DNA of 64,000 bases from Octopus sinensis (taxonomy: Eukaryota), in assembly GCF_006345805.1 (NCBI RefSeq), contig NC_043004.1, forward strand, positions 17,794,001 to 17,858,000, in the 5' to 3' direction. Numbering within the stretch: the stretch's first letter is position 1; every line of letters begins with the position of its first letter. The notes under the pieces are model-generated. The model saw only the letters and a program-made list of their open reading frames with translations. It searched no databases and had not been told where the DNA came from. The position numbers were made by a program, and so were the translations under genes. This document shows positions 25,975 to 37,200 of the stretch, piece after piece.

Positions 25975-26960
25975 AGGAAAATCAAGAATATTGGGATGGA
26001 ATGTGGAATCCAAATTTTAATAAGAATGAAGAACTGTGGAAAGGAAAAGGAAAATTACCGAAAGCATTGCAAGCACGATCAGCAAATCTAGCAAAGAACT
26101 CGTAAGAGCACATGAAGAACTGCAATGAGAGAAAGCCTCTTGTGCTGAAAAGGACTCCAATTTCCGGAAAAGCATTTGACCAGTATCTATGGATATAAAG
26201 TAACATTCTATGAGTTGGTAAGCAGGGCGTCGTTAATTATTTCTTTCTTTCTATTCTAGGCACAAGGTCTTGAAAATTTTGGGGGAAGGGGACTAGTTGA
26301 TTACATCGACCTCAGTGTGTAACTGGTACTTATTTCATCGACCTCGAAAGAATAAAAGGCAAAGTCGATCTCGGCGGAATTTGAACGCAGAACGTAGCGA
26401 CAGACGAAATACTGTTAAGCATTTCGCCCGGTGTGCTAACGATTCTGCCAGCTCGCCGCCTTATTATCAACTGATAGAATAGCTGCTAGAGAGGAAGAAC
26501 ATTAGTTCTCCAAAGTAAAATTAGCAGCCTTCAAATCTACAGATGTATAACTTACTGCAACTTATCATAAAAAGGTAATCCATACTTTACAACAGCACCA
26601 TTATACACCTGGACAATAATGATATGTAACGAAAGATGCTGAAAGGGTACCAGAAAGTGATTCACACCTGCAAAGAGCTGCTGTTAATGAACCAGGTTAC
26701 TATTCAACAATAAAAAAAAGAAAAATAACTTTAGCATGGCGCGGACCGATTACCGAAAATTATTTGCTGGTTTATTACTCATCGATACATTAAAATCTTC
26801 GATACTTACAAGGTACCTCACCCAGACTGTATCAAAATAAAGCACTAACATATGACTACAAGACAAGATAATTAAAACCAGCTTATAAGAAGGATATTTC
26901 ATTATATTCTGTATTCTTCTGTCTAACTCTGACTCATACCCATCTGATTTGCTATTTGCT
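25975..26960 (+). pseudogene. Old degenerate R4/Dong-like RT fragment interrupted by a SINE-B
   Basis: Frameshifted pieces: QEYWDGMWN, EKASCAEKDSNF (about WKAPGPDKIPNF), HLDNNDM...CKELLLMNQV...NNFSMARTDYRK (about HLDENNL...CKDQLMINK...LSMAWIDYKK), FFCLTLT. Confidence 0.65.
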
Positions 26961-27634
26961 ATCTCGGGGCAAAGCGGCCACTGTGCTATTGTGAGTTTCA
27001 AATTCTTAAGTAGTCACAATAATGGTGGAGATGAAATTCGTAGTTATTAACTATATTGCCACAGAAATATTACATCAAGTAACAGCTTTACTGAGCGGAT
27101 TATTAAATGAGTTTTTTTTCATTAAATGAAGAAAATGTAGTCTTTTATTTTTTTGTCACCATTTATTAGGAGATTTTAAGCAGCAAGCGTCAGGAATCAT
27201 CACAGGCTTCATTTATACCTTGCTACTTTTAAGTCGAGATTTCCACCGCCATTAAATATTGTGAAGAAACCATACGAGTTGCCGTTATTACAGTTTTGCA
27301 AAAAAAAAAAAAAAAACTGTGTGTGACAAAGATTAGTTGGAAATAGTGAACACGCGTCAGATGATACAATACAACAGCTCTAGAATTAGAAGGGGCCCGG
27401 ATGAAAGCTAATCTAGATAATTCCTAATCGACACAATTATTATAAAATGTGGTTTCACAGCCTGCATAACGTTATCAACTTAATTGTAATGACTCCTTTC
27501 ATCTATCAACGATTAGGAACGATTATAAACACTTCTGTTGGAGTAGTAAGATTAATAATTGACAAAATTACTCTGCCAAGAAATCTCTTTGTCATTACCG
27601 GAAAAAAGGTTACTCAAAGGTAACTGATCTAGTA

Positions 27635-27693
<59 letters not shown>

Positions 27694-27703
27694 ACAACAA
27701 CAA

Positions 27704-27889
27704 CAGGAAATTGGAATAGAGTGCCCAGTAAAACTGTTACAAAATGTTTGCCTCCTTGGCACGGCCAGAATAATCAGGAAAGTATTGGATAGCTGTAAAG
27801 AACGGATTAGCATGGCACCGTAGGTTGCAGGCAGCAAACCTGCTACGCATGCGAGACTCCAGGGGCTCCAACAAAACCTGTGATAAGAA
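27704..27889 (+). mobile_element. 3' end of a second RLE-LINE family, (TAA)-tailed
   Basis: QEIGIECPVKLLQNVCLLGTARIIRKVLD is homologous to IQKIALLGTAHILRRTL at 14.2 kb but has a different 3' UTR. Followed by (TAA)n. Confidence 0.7.
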
Positions 27890-28020
27890 ATAATAATGAT
27901 AATAATAATAATAATAATAAATAATAATATAATAATATAATAATAATATATAATAATAATAATAATAATAATATAATAATAATAATAATATAATATAATA
28001 ATAATATAATAATAATAATA

Positions 28021-28060
<40 letters not shown>

Positions 28061-28061
<1 letters not shown>

Positions 28062-28304
28062 GAGTAAAAATTAAAAGAAGAGTGCCATTGTCATCAAGTG
28101 AACGATATTTCGACATCTTGTGTGTCTTCAACTGGTTCAAAAAATATATTTGTCAATCTACTTCATTTTGGTTAATATATAAAGGATTGAGGTAACTCCT
28201 CCTGAAGATATAGAGTCAAAATTAAAAGAAGAGTGCCATTGTCATCTAGTGAACGATATTTTTAATTTTGACTCTATATCTTCTGGAAGAGTTACCTCAA
28301 TCCT
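28061..28304 (-). mobile_element. Penelope-like/retrozyme-like tandem unit with a hammerhead motif and inverted partial copy
   Basis: Direct repeats of about 50 nt, 151 nt apart (28061-28110 and 28212-28262). Motif at 28099-28139(-): TGAAC-CAGTTGA-A-GACA(7)TGTC-GAAA-TAT-C|GTTCA. 28259-28304 is an inverted copy of 28182-28228. Confidence 0.65.
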
Positions 28305-28309
28305 ATATA

Positions 28310-28340
<31 letters not shown>

Positions 28341-28341
28341 G

Positions 28342-28437
<96 letters not shown>

Positions 28438-28499
28438 TAATGATGATAATGATAATAATAATAATAATAATATATAATAATAATAATAATAATAATAAA

Positions 28500-29460
28500 T
28501 TAAAGCATCAGTATAATAAACTGGAAGATCAGTTTAATTAAGAAACTTAGATAGAAATCCCAAAAAACTATTGACAGCATCAGCATACCGAAGTCACCAC
28601 CACAAAGCAGGCGCAGACACAATCTATCTACCCAGCTTAGAAGGAAGCCGTGGTCTGATACAAATAGAGGACTATTGTAAAATGATAACAGTTCGACTAG
28701 AAAAGTCCTTACAAACCAAAAGTGGAAGGCTACTGCATGTAATATAGCAATACGAGAAAAGAAAGCTCTAGGAGGTGACAAAATACATGAGAAACAAACT
28801 ACACTGATACACTGACCTCAGATGACAACATTGTAGAAATAGCCAAAGAGACAAAAATAACATGGAAACAAAATTACAAAACAAACTAAACAAAAGAAAT
28901 GGAGAAAAAATATCACTACATGGTCAATGCTCTGTTAGGTCTGACAGATATGAAGTGAGCCTGAGTAAAAACCAACAATGTCTCAAAAGCTCTGGACTAA
29001 AAGCTGAAATGCAAGGACTGATTCTCGCTGCATAAGGCCAATGTTTGACAAAATAATGAAAAATAATGAAAACAGGACCTAACACCCAATGGAGAATGTG
29101 CAACGATCACAATGAGACAGTCGACCGCATCATCTCCGGTTGGCCAGTCGCAGCCAAATCTGAATATATACATACTGATACGACGGAGTAAGTAGTTACA
29201 TCCACTTGACAATATGCCAGCACTATAACATAAAAACTGACAATAAATAGTATAAACAGGCGCCAAAGTAGGTACAAGATAACGACCTGGCCACAGTCAT
29301 CTAGAATATGCCTGTTCAAACCGACATAGAAATAAAAGCCAATCGTCCAGACATAATAATCAAGGAGTGGGGAAAAACACCTGCTTACTGATAGACATGG
29401 CCTGAAAGGAAAAAGAAAGGAGGAGCTAAGATCTCGTATAATAGAACAATAGAGAATTGA
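28500..29460 (+). pseudogene. Degenerate R4/Dong-like LINE (thumb-CCHC-REL region)
   Basis: Pieces: INWK...KKLDR, YLPSLEGSRGLIQ, LKAEMQGLILAA, CNDHNETVDRIISGWP.AAKSEY, QTDIEIKANRPDII. Starts immediately after a (TAA)n tract. Confidence 0.75.
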
Positions 29461-30479
29461 AAAGCATCTAATTATATATATATTATATATATATATATAT
29501 ACATACATACATACGTACATACATACATGCGTACATGCATACATGCATACATGCTTACATGCATGTATATGCATGCATGTATCTATGATCTGTGTATATA
29601 TTTTTGTGGTGTTGCTTTTAAAGACAAAAATTATTGTAATATCAAATTTTGAAGACGCTATTGTGCAGCTTTAATTCTGGAACAAAATTTAATGACACTC
29701 AAAAAGTCTGGGTCTAACTACATTACTAATAAACTATCCTCATATTGTTAAAGTTTTTGATAAAATTATAAACTTATAATTATTTTCAGTTGATTTTATT
29801 TCAAAAAATGAAAAGATATCTATTTCGGGGAAATCCAACCCTTTATTAAAAAGGGTCACAAGAGAGGCCAGTAGTTTACTCTGACGTGCCACCGTTTTCT
29901 GGAATATATATATATAAAAAACTAAGAATGGAGGTAGTTTGTTCACAAATTGTTAACCAACTGACTCCTTGTATTTATCTCTTATTTTCCCTTTCAATTT
30001 CAGTAAATAACATCTCAAAATATAATTCAAACAAGAATTTGTATTTAAAACAAGGTTCTCAGCAAATCATATATGTCAACTCATGAAAGTTAGACAGTAA
30101 TTCAACTTGTAAGCATAGTAACCGAAGATCTCAATTAAAGTCTGTAAGTCTCTAATTCTTATCAGACTTGGGAATAAATCAATGGCGTTGTATTACATAC
30201 TGTTCAGAGGCATTAGTCAATGCGTGAAACTTAAATAGCCTTGTGAAAAACGATTCGTTGAAGTTTGACAATCTCCGTATATCCAAATGGGAATTATTTC
30301 TCCCGGAGCCTTACATTCGATGAAATCTCTTTCACTAACAACGACTAACTGCATACCAAATAAATGATTTATTCTTTTTTTTCTAAAAACGTGATTCAAA
30401 TAGTGGATCACAAACTGTTCAGCGAATGCCTAGGAGAAATATTTGAAATATTTTCTTGAGGAAATATATTCGCCAACTG

Positions 30480-31400
30480 AAAACATATCATGAACCTGAC
30501 CATCTTATATAGTAGATGCCAACACTAAGTTTGTAACTATTAGATTCAGTGAAGGAAGAAATGATACAGTAGATTACAAAAAGCTTGCACTTTACTTTAC
30601 TCAATATATTACTGATCTTGCCTTTACGATATGATGTAAATTAGGTCAAAGAGTGAGCTTAATAGTGTTTCATTTCTTAGAAATTAATTGATAACATATT
30701 CGTGTAAGTGATCTAAATTCAACATTAGTATATGTTAATGTCAGTATTGTACGTGGAACCTCTATTGAAGAACATAAACAAAATTTCGATAAGTTTAATA
30801 AAGCTTTCACTTTAATCTAAGTGAAAATGAGTGCATTTATAACATGTGAACTATCCATTTTCTGGGATACAATTTTTGTTCAGCTACTCTATAGTGAGAA
30901 AGACAGAGGCACTTAGGAACGTTGTCCTGAATGTTCTACATTTTCTGGTTGGTTTCACATAGTTATGATAAAGTAAGCTCGCTTTTATGAATTTCTCATC
31001 TCCCTTCAAAATTTAAGTGTTGCATTTCGAGCTCTTAATGATACACTATGAACAATTAATGGGTCTGAAACACTCTCAGTTGATCATATATAATTGCTAG
31101 GAAAGAATCGTTCTCTAACTTAAATTTCAAAGGTATTAACTACTCATGAACAGAAACACCCGTCGATGTAAAGAGTGACTGTAGCCATTATAGGAAGGGT
31201 CAGAAAGTGGTGACATAGGTTTTTTGCAAAGTATTTTCAACTATTAATAGGTCAAACAGTTGCTTGTTTTTCATATAGTTTTGTCCCAAACAAGGCCCGA
31301 GGCCATTATAGCATAAGAGATAAAGTAAAGAATGAGTCCTGCACATTCAAAATATATTGATTGATAGAAATCTTAAAAAACTGAATATCATAGACCAGAG
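30480..31400 (+). pseudogene. Fossil Gypsy/Ty3-like RT-RNase H
   Basis: Frameshifted pieces RGTSIEEHKQNFDKF, LSENECIY, TIHFLGY (post-YxDD RT) and THEQKHPSM*RVTVAIIGRVRKW*H (RNase H, about EKEAYAIVEALRKWRH). No LTRs seen. Confidence 0.55.
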
Positions 31401-32080
31401 GGAAATAAGACAATTGTAATGAGCTCCTGCAGTTTGGGAAAGATGTTATTAGAATAAAAGGACTTACGTCAAACAAGAAACTCAACCGAAAAACGAAGAG
31501 TCTGGGGTGAGAATTGTATCTTTAATTTTTCAGCAAATAGCGGTCAGCGAAGATCAGAAATACAGAATTACTTCGTTGTTGATTGGAATTATGTCGACAT
31601 ATGATATATTGTGTCAACTTCGAGAAAAGAAACGCTTTGGTTTGATGCCAAAATTTCTTGTGCTTCTTCAAATTTTGTTTTATTTATCAACTTCGTGAAT
31701 ATACTTGTTATCCTGGTGTCCGTCGGTATTATCAAAATATGAAATTCAAAAATTTTCATTTCAGCTTAAATTATATAAACCACCAAAAGATCCAGCCCCT
31801 GTTGCTGCATGGCGGCCACTGTGCTTCAGTGATCCTGAGCGTTATTTCAGCTGTGTACAAGTTCTTGGCAAGGTTTCCTATGCTGGACAGGTCAAAGGAT
31901 GGTGGCCATCTATTTAGTTGCAACTTACTAATTAACTAATTGAAGTGCCAAATTCGTTTTCTAAAATTAATTGAAGTGCGAAATTTACTTTCTGATATTA
32001 ATAAACGAATTATTTTGTTGTATAATTCAATGATTTTTCAATGGGCCTTGAGTTTATGTATGCCGTATTGTTTTCCCTAG

Positions 32081-32297
32081 ATATGCCGAAGAAGCCGGTG
32101 GAATAGCATGCGCAGTGGACTGGGAGTCACGTGACCACAGTATGACTACCTACATAACAACCATATTCGTCGTTTGTTTTCTAATTCCGCTCCTAATCAT
32201 CTCTGTCTGTTACGCCCGGGTCTGTTTGTTCATCCGAAAATTAGGACACGGCACGCAGGAGAACCCCGAGTGGACTAATCAAAAAGATGTAACAAAG
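32081..32297 (+). CDS. RRH: Peropsin-like opsin, internal coding exon (ECL2, TM5, ICL3)
   Basis: ttttccctag acceptor and aag|gtattt donor; 217 nt = 1+72 codons. Reads (R)YAEEAGGIACAVDWESRDHSMTTYITTIFVVCFLIPLLIISVCYARVCLFIRKLGHGTQENPEWTNQKDVTK, with E181 and C187 (bovine numbering). WTNQKDVTK resembles the peropsin WSDQIDVTK motif. Confidence 0.92.
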
Positions 32298-33516
32298 GTA
32301 TTTTCTTTCTCTCTCTCTCTCTTCCCCCACCCTTGTCTCTTTGTCTTTCTTCTTTGTACACATTGTGACTCAGTGGTTAGGTGTTGCACTCACGATTGCA
32401 AGATTATGGTTTCGAATCCCAGACCAATGGCTGCGTTGGGATTTTGGGCCCAAAACTTCACTCAGCTGTAAATGAGTAACTCTACGATAGACTGCGTCCT
32501 ATCAGGGTAATGTTGTGATCTTCGTTACTTATACATCTTGGAAATCAGGTAAATGTCCCTGTGAGTCATAGGACTCGAGACTTTGTACACACTTCCCTTT
32601 CTTTCTAGTCCCCCTCCTTTCATCTTCTTTCTCCCAAAGTCTTCCTTAAGGATTCTCCTTCCTCTTATACCTCATTTCTTCCCTCTCAATCTTTCACCAC
32701 CACCCCTCTCTCTCTGTTTTTTTCCTCTTTTTAATAGTTATTTGCTCTCTCTCTCTCTCTCTCTCTCTCCCTTCATCTTCCCGATAAATTCTTTCAGCCA
32801 TTACTCTCCCCTTTCTCCATCTATTTTTATTCTCTACCTTCTTTTTCCCCTCTATTTTTTTCTTTCTGTCTTCCTCGATCGGTGCCTCGTTTATTCGAGT
32901 ATCACATAAACACATATAAATAAATATGTATATATGTACGTACATACATAGTTATGCACCTACATACATACATACATACATACATACGCACATACATACG
33001 TACGTACACACACATACACATACACACTGGAGTGTACAATATTGATGTCAAATTTTGGCACAAGGCCAGCAAGAATTATAGTTGATTATGTCGACCCCAG
33101 TATTCACCTGGTACTTATGTTATCGACCCGAAAGGATGAAAGGCAACTCACAACGTAAAGACGGGCGAAATGTCGCTAAGCATTTTGTCCAGCGCACTAA
33201 CGATTCTTTTCTACTCTAGGCACAAGGCCAGAAAATTTGGGGTTGGGAGCCAGTCGATTAGATCAACCCCAGTACGCAACTGGTACTTAATTTATCGACT
33301 CCGAAAGGATGAAAGGCAAAATCAACCTCGGCGGAATTTGAACTCAGAACGTAAAGCATGCTAACGTTTCTATCAGCTCGCATCTTACTGGAGTGTGCAG
33401 TACTGTATGCAAGTTTATACTAGCGCGTATCTTAATGATATCATCTGACTGCTCCATGCTTTGTTTTTTGTGGGCTGTAACAAGCTTGAAAATATAAATA
33501 ATAATATTTATTATGT

Positions 33517-33814
33517 GGAGGCACATGGCCTAGTGGTTAGAGCAGCAGACTCGCGGTCGAAGGATCGCGGGTTCGAATCTCAGACCAGGCGATGTGTGTC
33601 TTTATGAGCGAAGCACCTAAGCTCCACAGAGCTCTGGCAGAAGGTAATGGCGAACTTCTGTTGATTCTTTCGCCACAACTTTCACTCTTTCTTCCTGCAT
33701 CTTGCAGCTCACCTGCGACTGACCGGTTTCCCGTCCAGGTGGGGAACCTATACGCTAAGGAAATCGGGAAATCGGCCCTTATGAGCTAGGCATGGCTCGA
33801 GAAGGAACAAACAA
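33517..33814 (+). mobile_element. SINE family C (tRNA-like head), full-length-looking
   Basis: ggaggcacatggcctagtggttagagc (A box) ... ggttcgaatctc (B box) followed by a non-tRNA body. Second copy at 55924-56228 on the minus strand. Confidence 0.8.
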
Positions 33815-34462
33815 TGTTTATTATATGTAAGGCGGCGAAATACTTAACGGTATTTCGTCTGCCGTTACGTTATTCCGCCGAGGTCGACTTTGCCTTTCAT
33901 CCTTTTGGGGTCGATTAAATAAGTACCAGTTACGCACTGGGGTCGATATAATCGATTTAATCCGTCTGTCTGTCCTTGTTCTGTCCTCTCTGTGTTTAGC
34001 CCCTTGTGGGTAGTAAAGAAATAGGTATTTCGTTTGTCTTTACATTCTGTGTTCAAATTCCGCCGAGGTCGACTTTGCCTTTCATCCTTTCGGGGTCGAT
34101 AAATTAAGTATCAGTTGCGTACTGGGGTCGATCTAATCGACTGTCTCCCTCCCCCAAAACTTCGTACCTCGTGCCTAGAGTAGAAAAGAATATTTATTAT
34201 ATGTAAAGTAAAAATAATATTACAAAGAAATAATATCGTTAAAGGTAACGATCATAAATATCGGTTTCAATTCTAGGTTCAGGGACAGCAATTTTAGGGA
34301 GGAAGTAAGTCGATTATATTGACCCCTGCACTCGACCAGTACTTATTTCATCGACTTCGAAAGGACGAAAGGTGAAGTTGACCTCGGTCGAAATGTTGTT
34401 AAGCATTTTGCCCGGCGTGCTAACGATTCTGCTGGATCACCGCTGGAAGAATCGTACATAAC

Positions 34463-34507
<45 letters not shown>

Positions 34508-34901
34508 TGTCCGACCCACCGCATGACCACCGCTGTTGATTTTTTACGTCCTCGTTTTAAGTAGCAAACTTAAAAAAGCGTAAGTTCTGGCGTCGATTGT
34601 TCGACTAAATCCCTCCAGATCTGTGCCACAGTATGGTCGCAGTCAAATGGGTGAAACGAGTAAAAGTTAAAGAAGATAAAAGATAAAAGGTTGACCGAAT
34701 AAGTGCTTTGCGTGACAAAGATTTAACACGGCATTTTGTATTCCATTCTTAACAATATTACATTTACAGTGTTGTTACACATTTTTTTTTCACAAAGCTG
34801 GTTGTTACTTTCGCATTCGTTTGTATTTGTTGGCTTCATTGAACAAAGAAGTACGTGCCTGAACACACACACACACACCTATCTACTTGTTTGTCTTTCT
34901 A

Positions 34902-34943
<42 letters not shown>

Positions 34944-35017
34944 CTATATATATATATGTGTGTGTGTATATATATATATATGTGTGTGTGTGTGTATATA
35001 TATATGTGTATATATAT

Positions 35018-35090
<73 letters not shown>

Positions 35091-35201
35091 AAGCACCCCA
35101 TGGATTTATATGGATAACACCATACAAAATTCTGGTGCATCTAACTTAAGTACCATATTCATTTGAATCTACATTTTGCTGAACTTATATGTATGTATAT
35201 A

Positions 35202-35491
35202 CAGTTGCGGCCAAAATGTTCAGAACGTCATTATTTTCTGTCATTTTTTATTATTTTGTTATTTTTTCAACCGTTCTGATCATTTTGGCCGCCATGGGTT
35301 TTGCAGTAAATCAGTAAATCATCTATAACTTTTGTATTATCCTCTCAAATTACACCAAAATCTCAGACAATAATAAATAATATTGTATTTATTGTCTGTG
35401 AAAATTATAGAATATAAAACAACTTTGATAAAAACTTATATCTACTTTTCTGACGAAAACAATGGCGTTCTGAACATTTTGGCCGCAACTG
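35202..35491. mobile_element. Tc1/mariner-type MITE
   Basis: Perfect 26-bp TIRs CAGTTGCGGCCAAAATGTTCAGAACG, TA on both sides, and an internal partial TIR copy near 35275. Confidence 0.9.
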
Positions 35492-35641
35492 TATATCTAT
35501 TTAAGATTCCGTTGAATTAGGTACTTAAATTGAGGCACTTTGACAGCTTTTAGTGGATTTGATTCTACATGGTTGAAGACTACATTCTATATATTTTCTT
35601 TTAAGTGTAAGTAACTATAAGGGTGCTATAATCCTAAGCTA

Positions 35642-36376
35642 ATGTCTAAAATAATATCTAAGAAATTTACTACTTTTGTGCCATATTCATACGTAACACC
35701 TAAGCTGAAGCTGTTAAATAATTTTCTAATTCTGTGGCACAAAGTACTAGATTCCTTAGATACTACTTTAGGCATTAACTCAGGATTATATCACCCCTAT
35801 AGGAAACCAGGTGAAATTACGAAATACGTGAGCAAGTTATCAAATCACCCCACTAATGTGTTAAAATCCGTAGTTAAAAGTATTTCTAGGAGAATTACCA
35901 TTTTATCAGCAAATAATATCTTTAATATCCATTCCCATCACTACAATTTTGCTTTGTCGAAGGCGGGATATGACCAGGAAATTACTTTTCTTAGTCCTGA
36001 AAATTTAGCACCTTTTAATAGTGGAGATAATGAGAGTTTGAATAAGAGAGGGAGTACTAATTTACTTAGTTGTAAAATAAAAATACTTAATGGAAAAGCA
36101 TCCTACAAACCCAACAATTTAAATAATAATAGAGTAAGCAACAACAGGAAATTGGATGCTAAAACTGGAACGAAGCTTAGGTTAGATAATAAAGACAATG
36201 ATGAGAAAGTTCTGGTTACTCCTCCCTTCATATATATGAAAACTACTGGAAATAGGAACATACCTAATAATCAAGTCACGATTCTGGGGTGCAGTCATAG
36301 AATAGGCAGATCTCGCCCTTACGCGTACATAGTGTCACCCGTACATTTAAATATTTTCGAAATTAGCGATTTATAG
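35642..36376 (+). mobile_element. Penelope-like element ORF fragment (RT C-terminal/thumb region)
   Basis: KVLDSLDTTLGINSGLYHPYRKP...KYVSKLSNHPTNVLKSVVKSISRRITILS...F...YNFALSKAGY fits the PLE FLD..YRKP..SNHP..RI..LS..Y..AL..SGY pattern, and VTPPF fits the later WFNPP motif. No RT core or GIY-YIG in frame. Confidence 0.75.
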
Positions 36377-36496
36377 GCTTTCTGCTTGAACTGAATTGAT
36401 GGAAACTAACTTTTAATATTTTTAGTGTTGGATCTAATTAGTCTTACCCTCTAGGTGATATTCAGTTACATGAAGAATTAAAGTACTTTGCATATA

Positions 36497-37200
36497 TTGG
36501 GTTGGCAACTAAGTTCCTGCGGTTTTTTTTATTAAAATTTTTTAAAGGTTTAATAAAAAATAACAACTAATTAATCAATAATGTATTACCGCTTGTTGTT
36601 TACAACTTCTCCCCAACGTTCAACAAGATTCAATACCTCGTCGGTAGAAACCACCCGATTTCGACTTGAAAAATTGATCCAACCAAGATCACAATTCTGC
36701 ATCAGTATTGTACGAAACTCTGTGCATAGCATTTGAAAGAGATCGAAAGACGTGGAAATCTTTTGGTGCCAAATCAAGAGAGTACAGTGGGTGTGGCAGC
36801 ACTTCCCATCCATGAATTTGAATGACTTCCTTGGTCATATTGGCTATATGAGGGTGGGCGTTGTCGTGCAGCAGAAGAACTCCATGCTGACGATTAGGTC
36901 TTTTCTCTTGAATAGCTTTGTTGAGTCGTTCCATCTGTTGAACATAAAGTTCCGCGTTGACCGTTTGGTTCCGTTCAAGCAATTCGTAATGGATAATCCC
37001 TTCTTAATCCCACCATACACACAACCGTTTTACGCGGATGAAGATCTTGTTTCACGCGCGGTGTCGCTTGTTAACCGGGGCTAAGCCATTCCTTACGCTG
37101 CTTCATATTGATGTACAGGCACCATTTTTCGTCGCCAGTAACGATTCGGTGAAGAAGTTGTTGCTTGTGTCGATGAGTTGAGCGGTGACGAGGAAGCAAA
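36497..37200 (-). mobile_element. Mariner transposase relic with one TIR
   Basis: Minus strand: RIVTGDEKW, VWWD*EGIIHYELLERNQTVNAELY, LLLHDNAHPH, LPHPLYSLDLAPKDF. TIR-like ttgggttggcaactaagttcctgcggtt at 36497. Contains stops. Confidence 0.9.

Noticed and set aside
27320-27365. GTGACAA...GAACACGCGTC resembling the 44.2-kb ribozyme
   Set aside because: It has an insertion in GAAA, a weak helix II and no helix I.
32298-32471. Continuation of ORF 32115-32471 beyond DVTK
   Set aside because: This is read-through into the intron past a good AAG|GT donor; the opsin sequence resumes at 40132.
33517-33590. tRNA gene (also 56150-56228)
   Set aside because: A and B boxes are present, but there is no acceptor stem closure and both copies continue into a shared non-tRNA body, so these are SINE heads.
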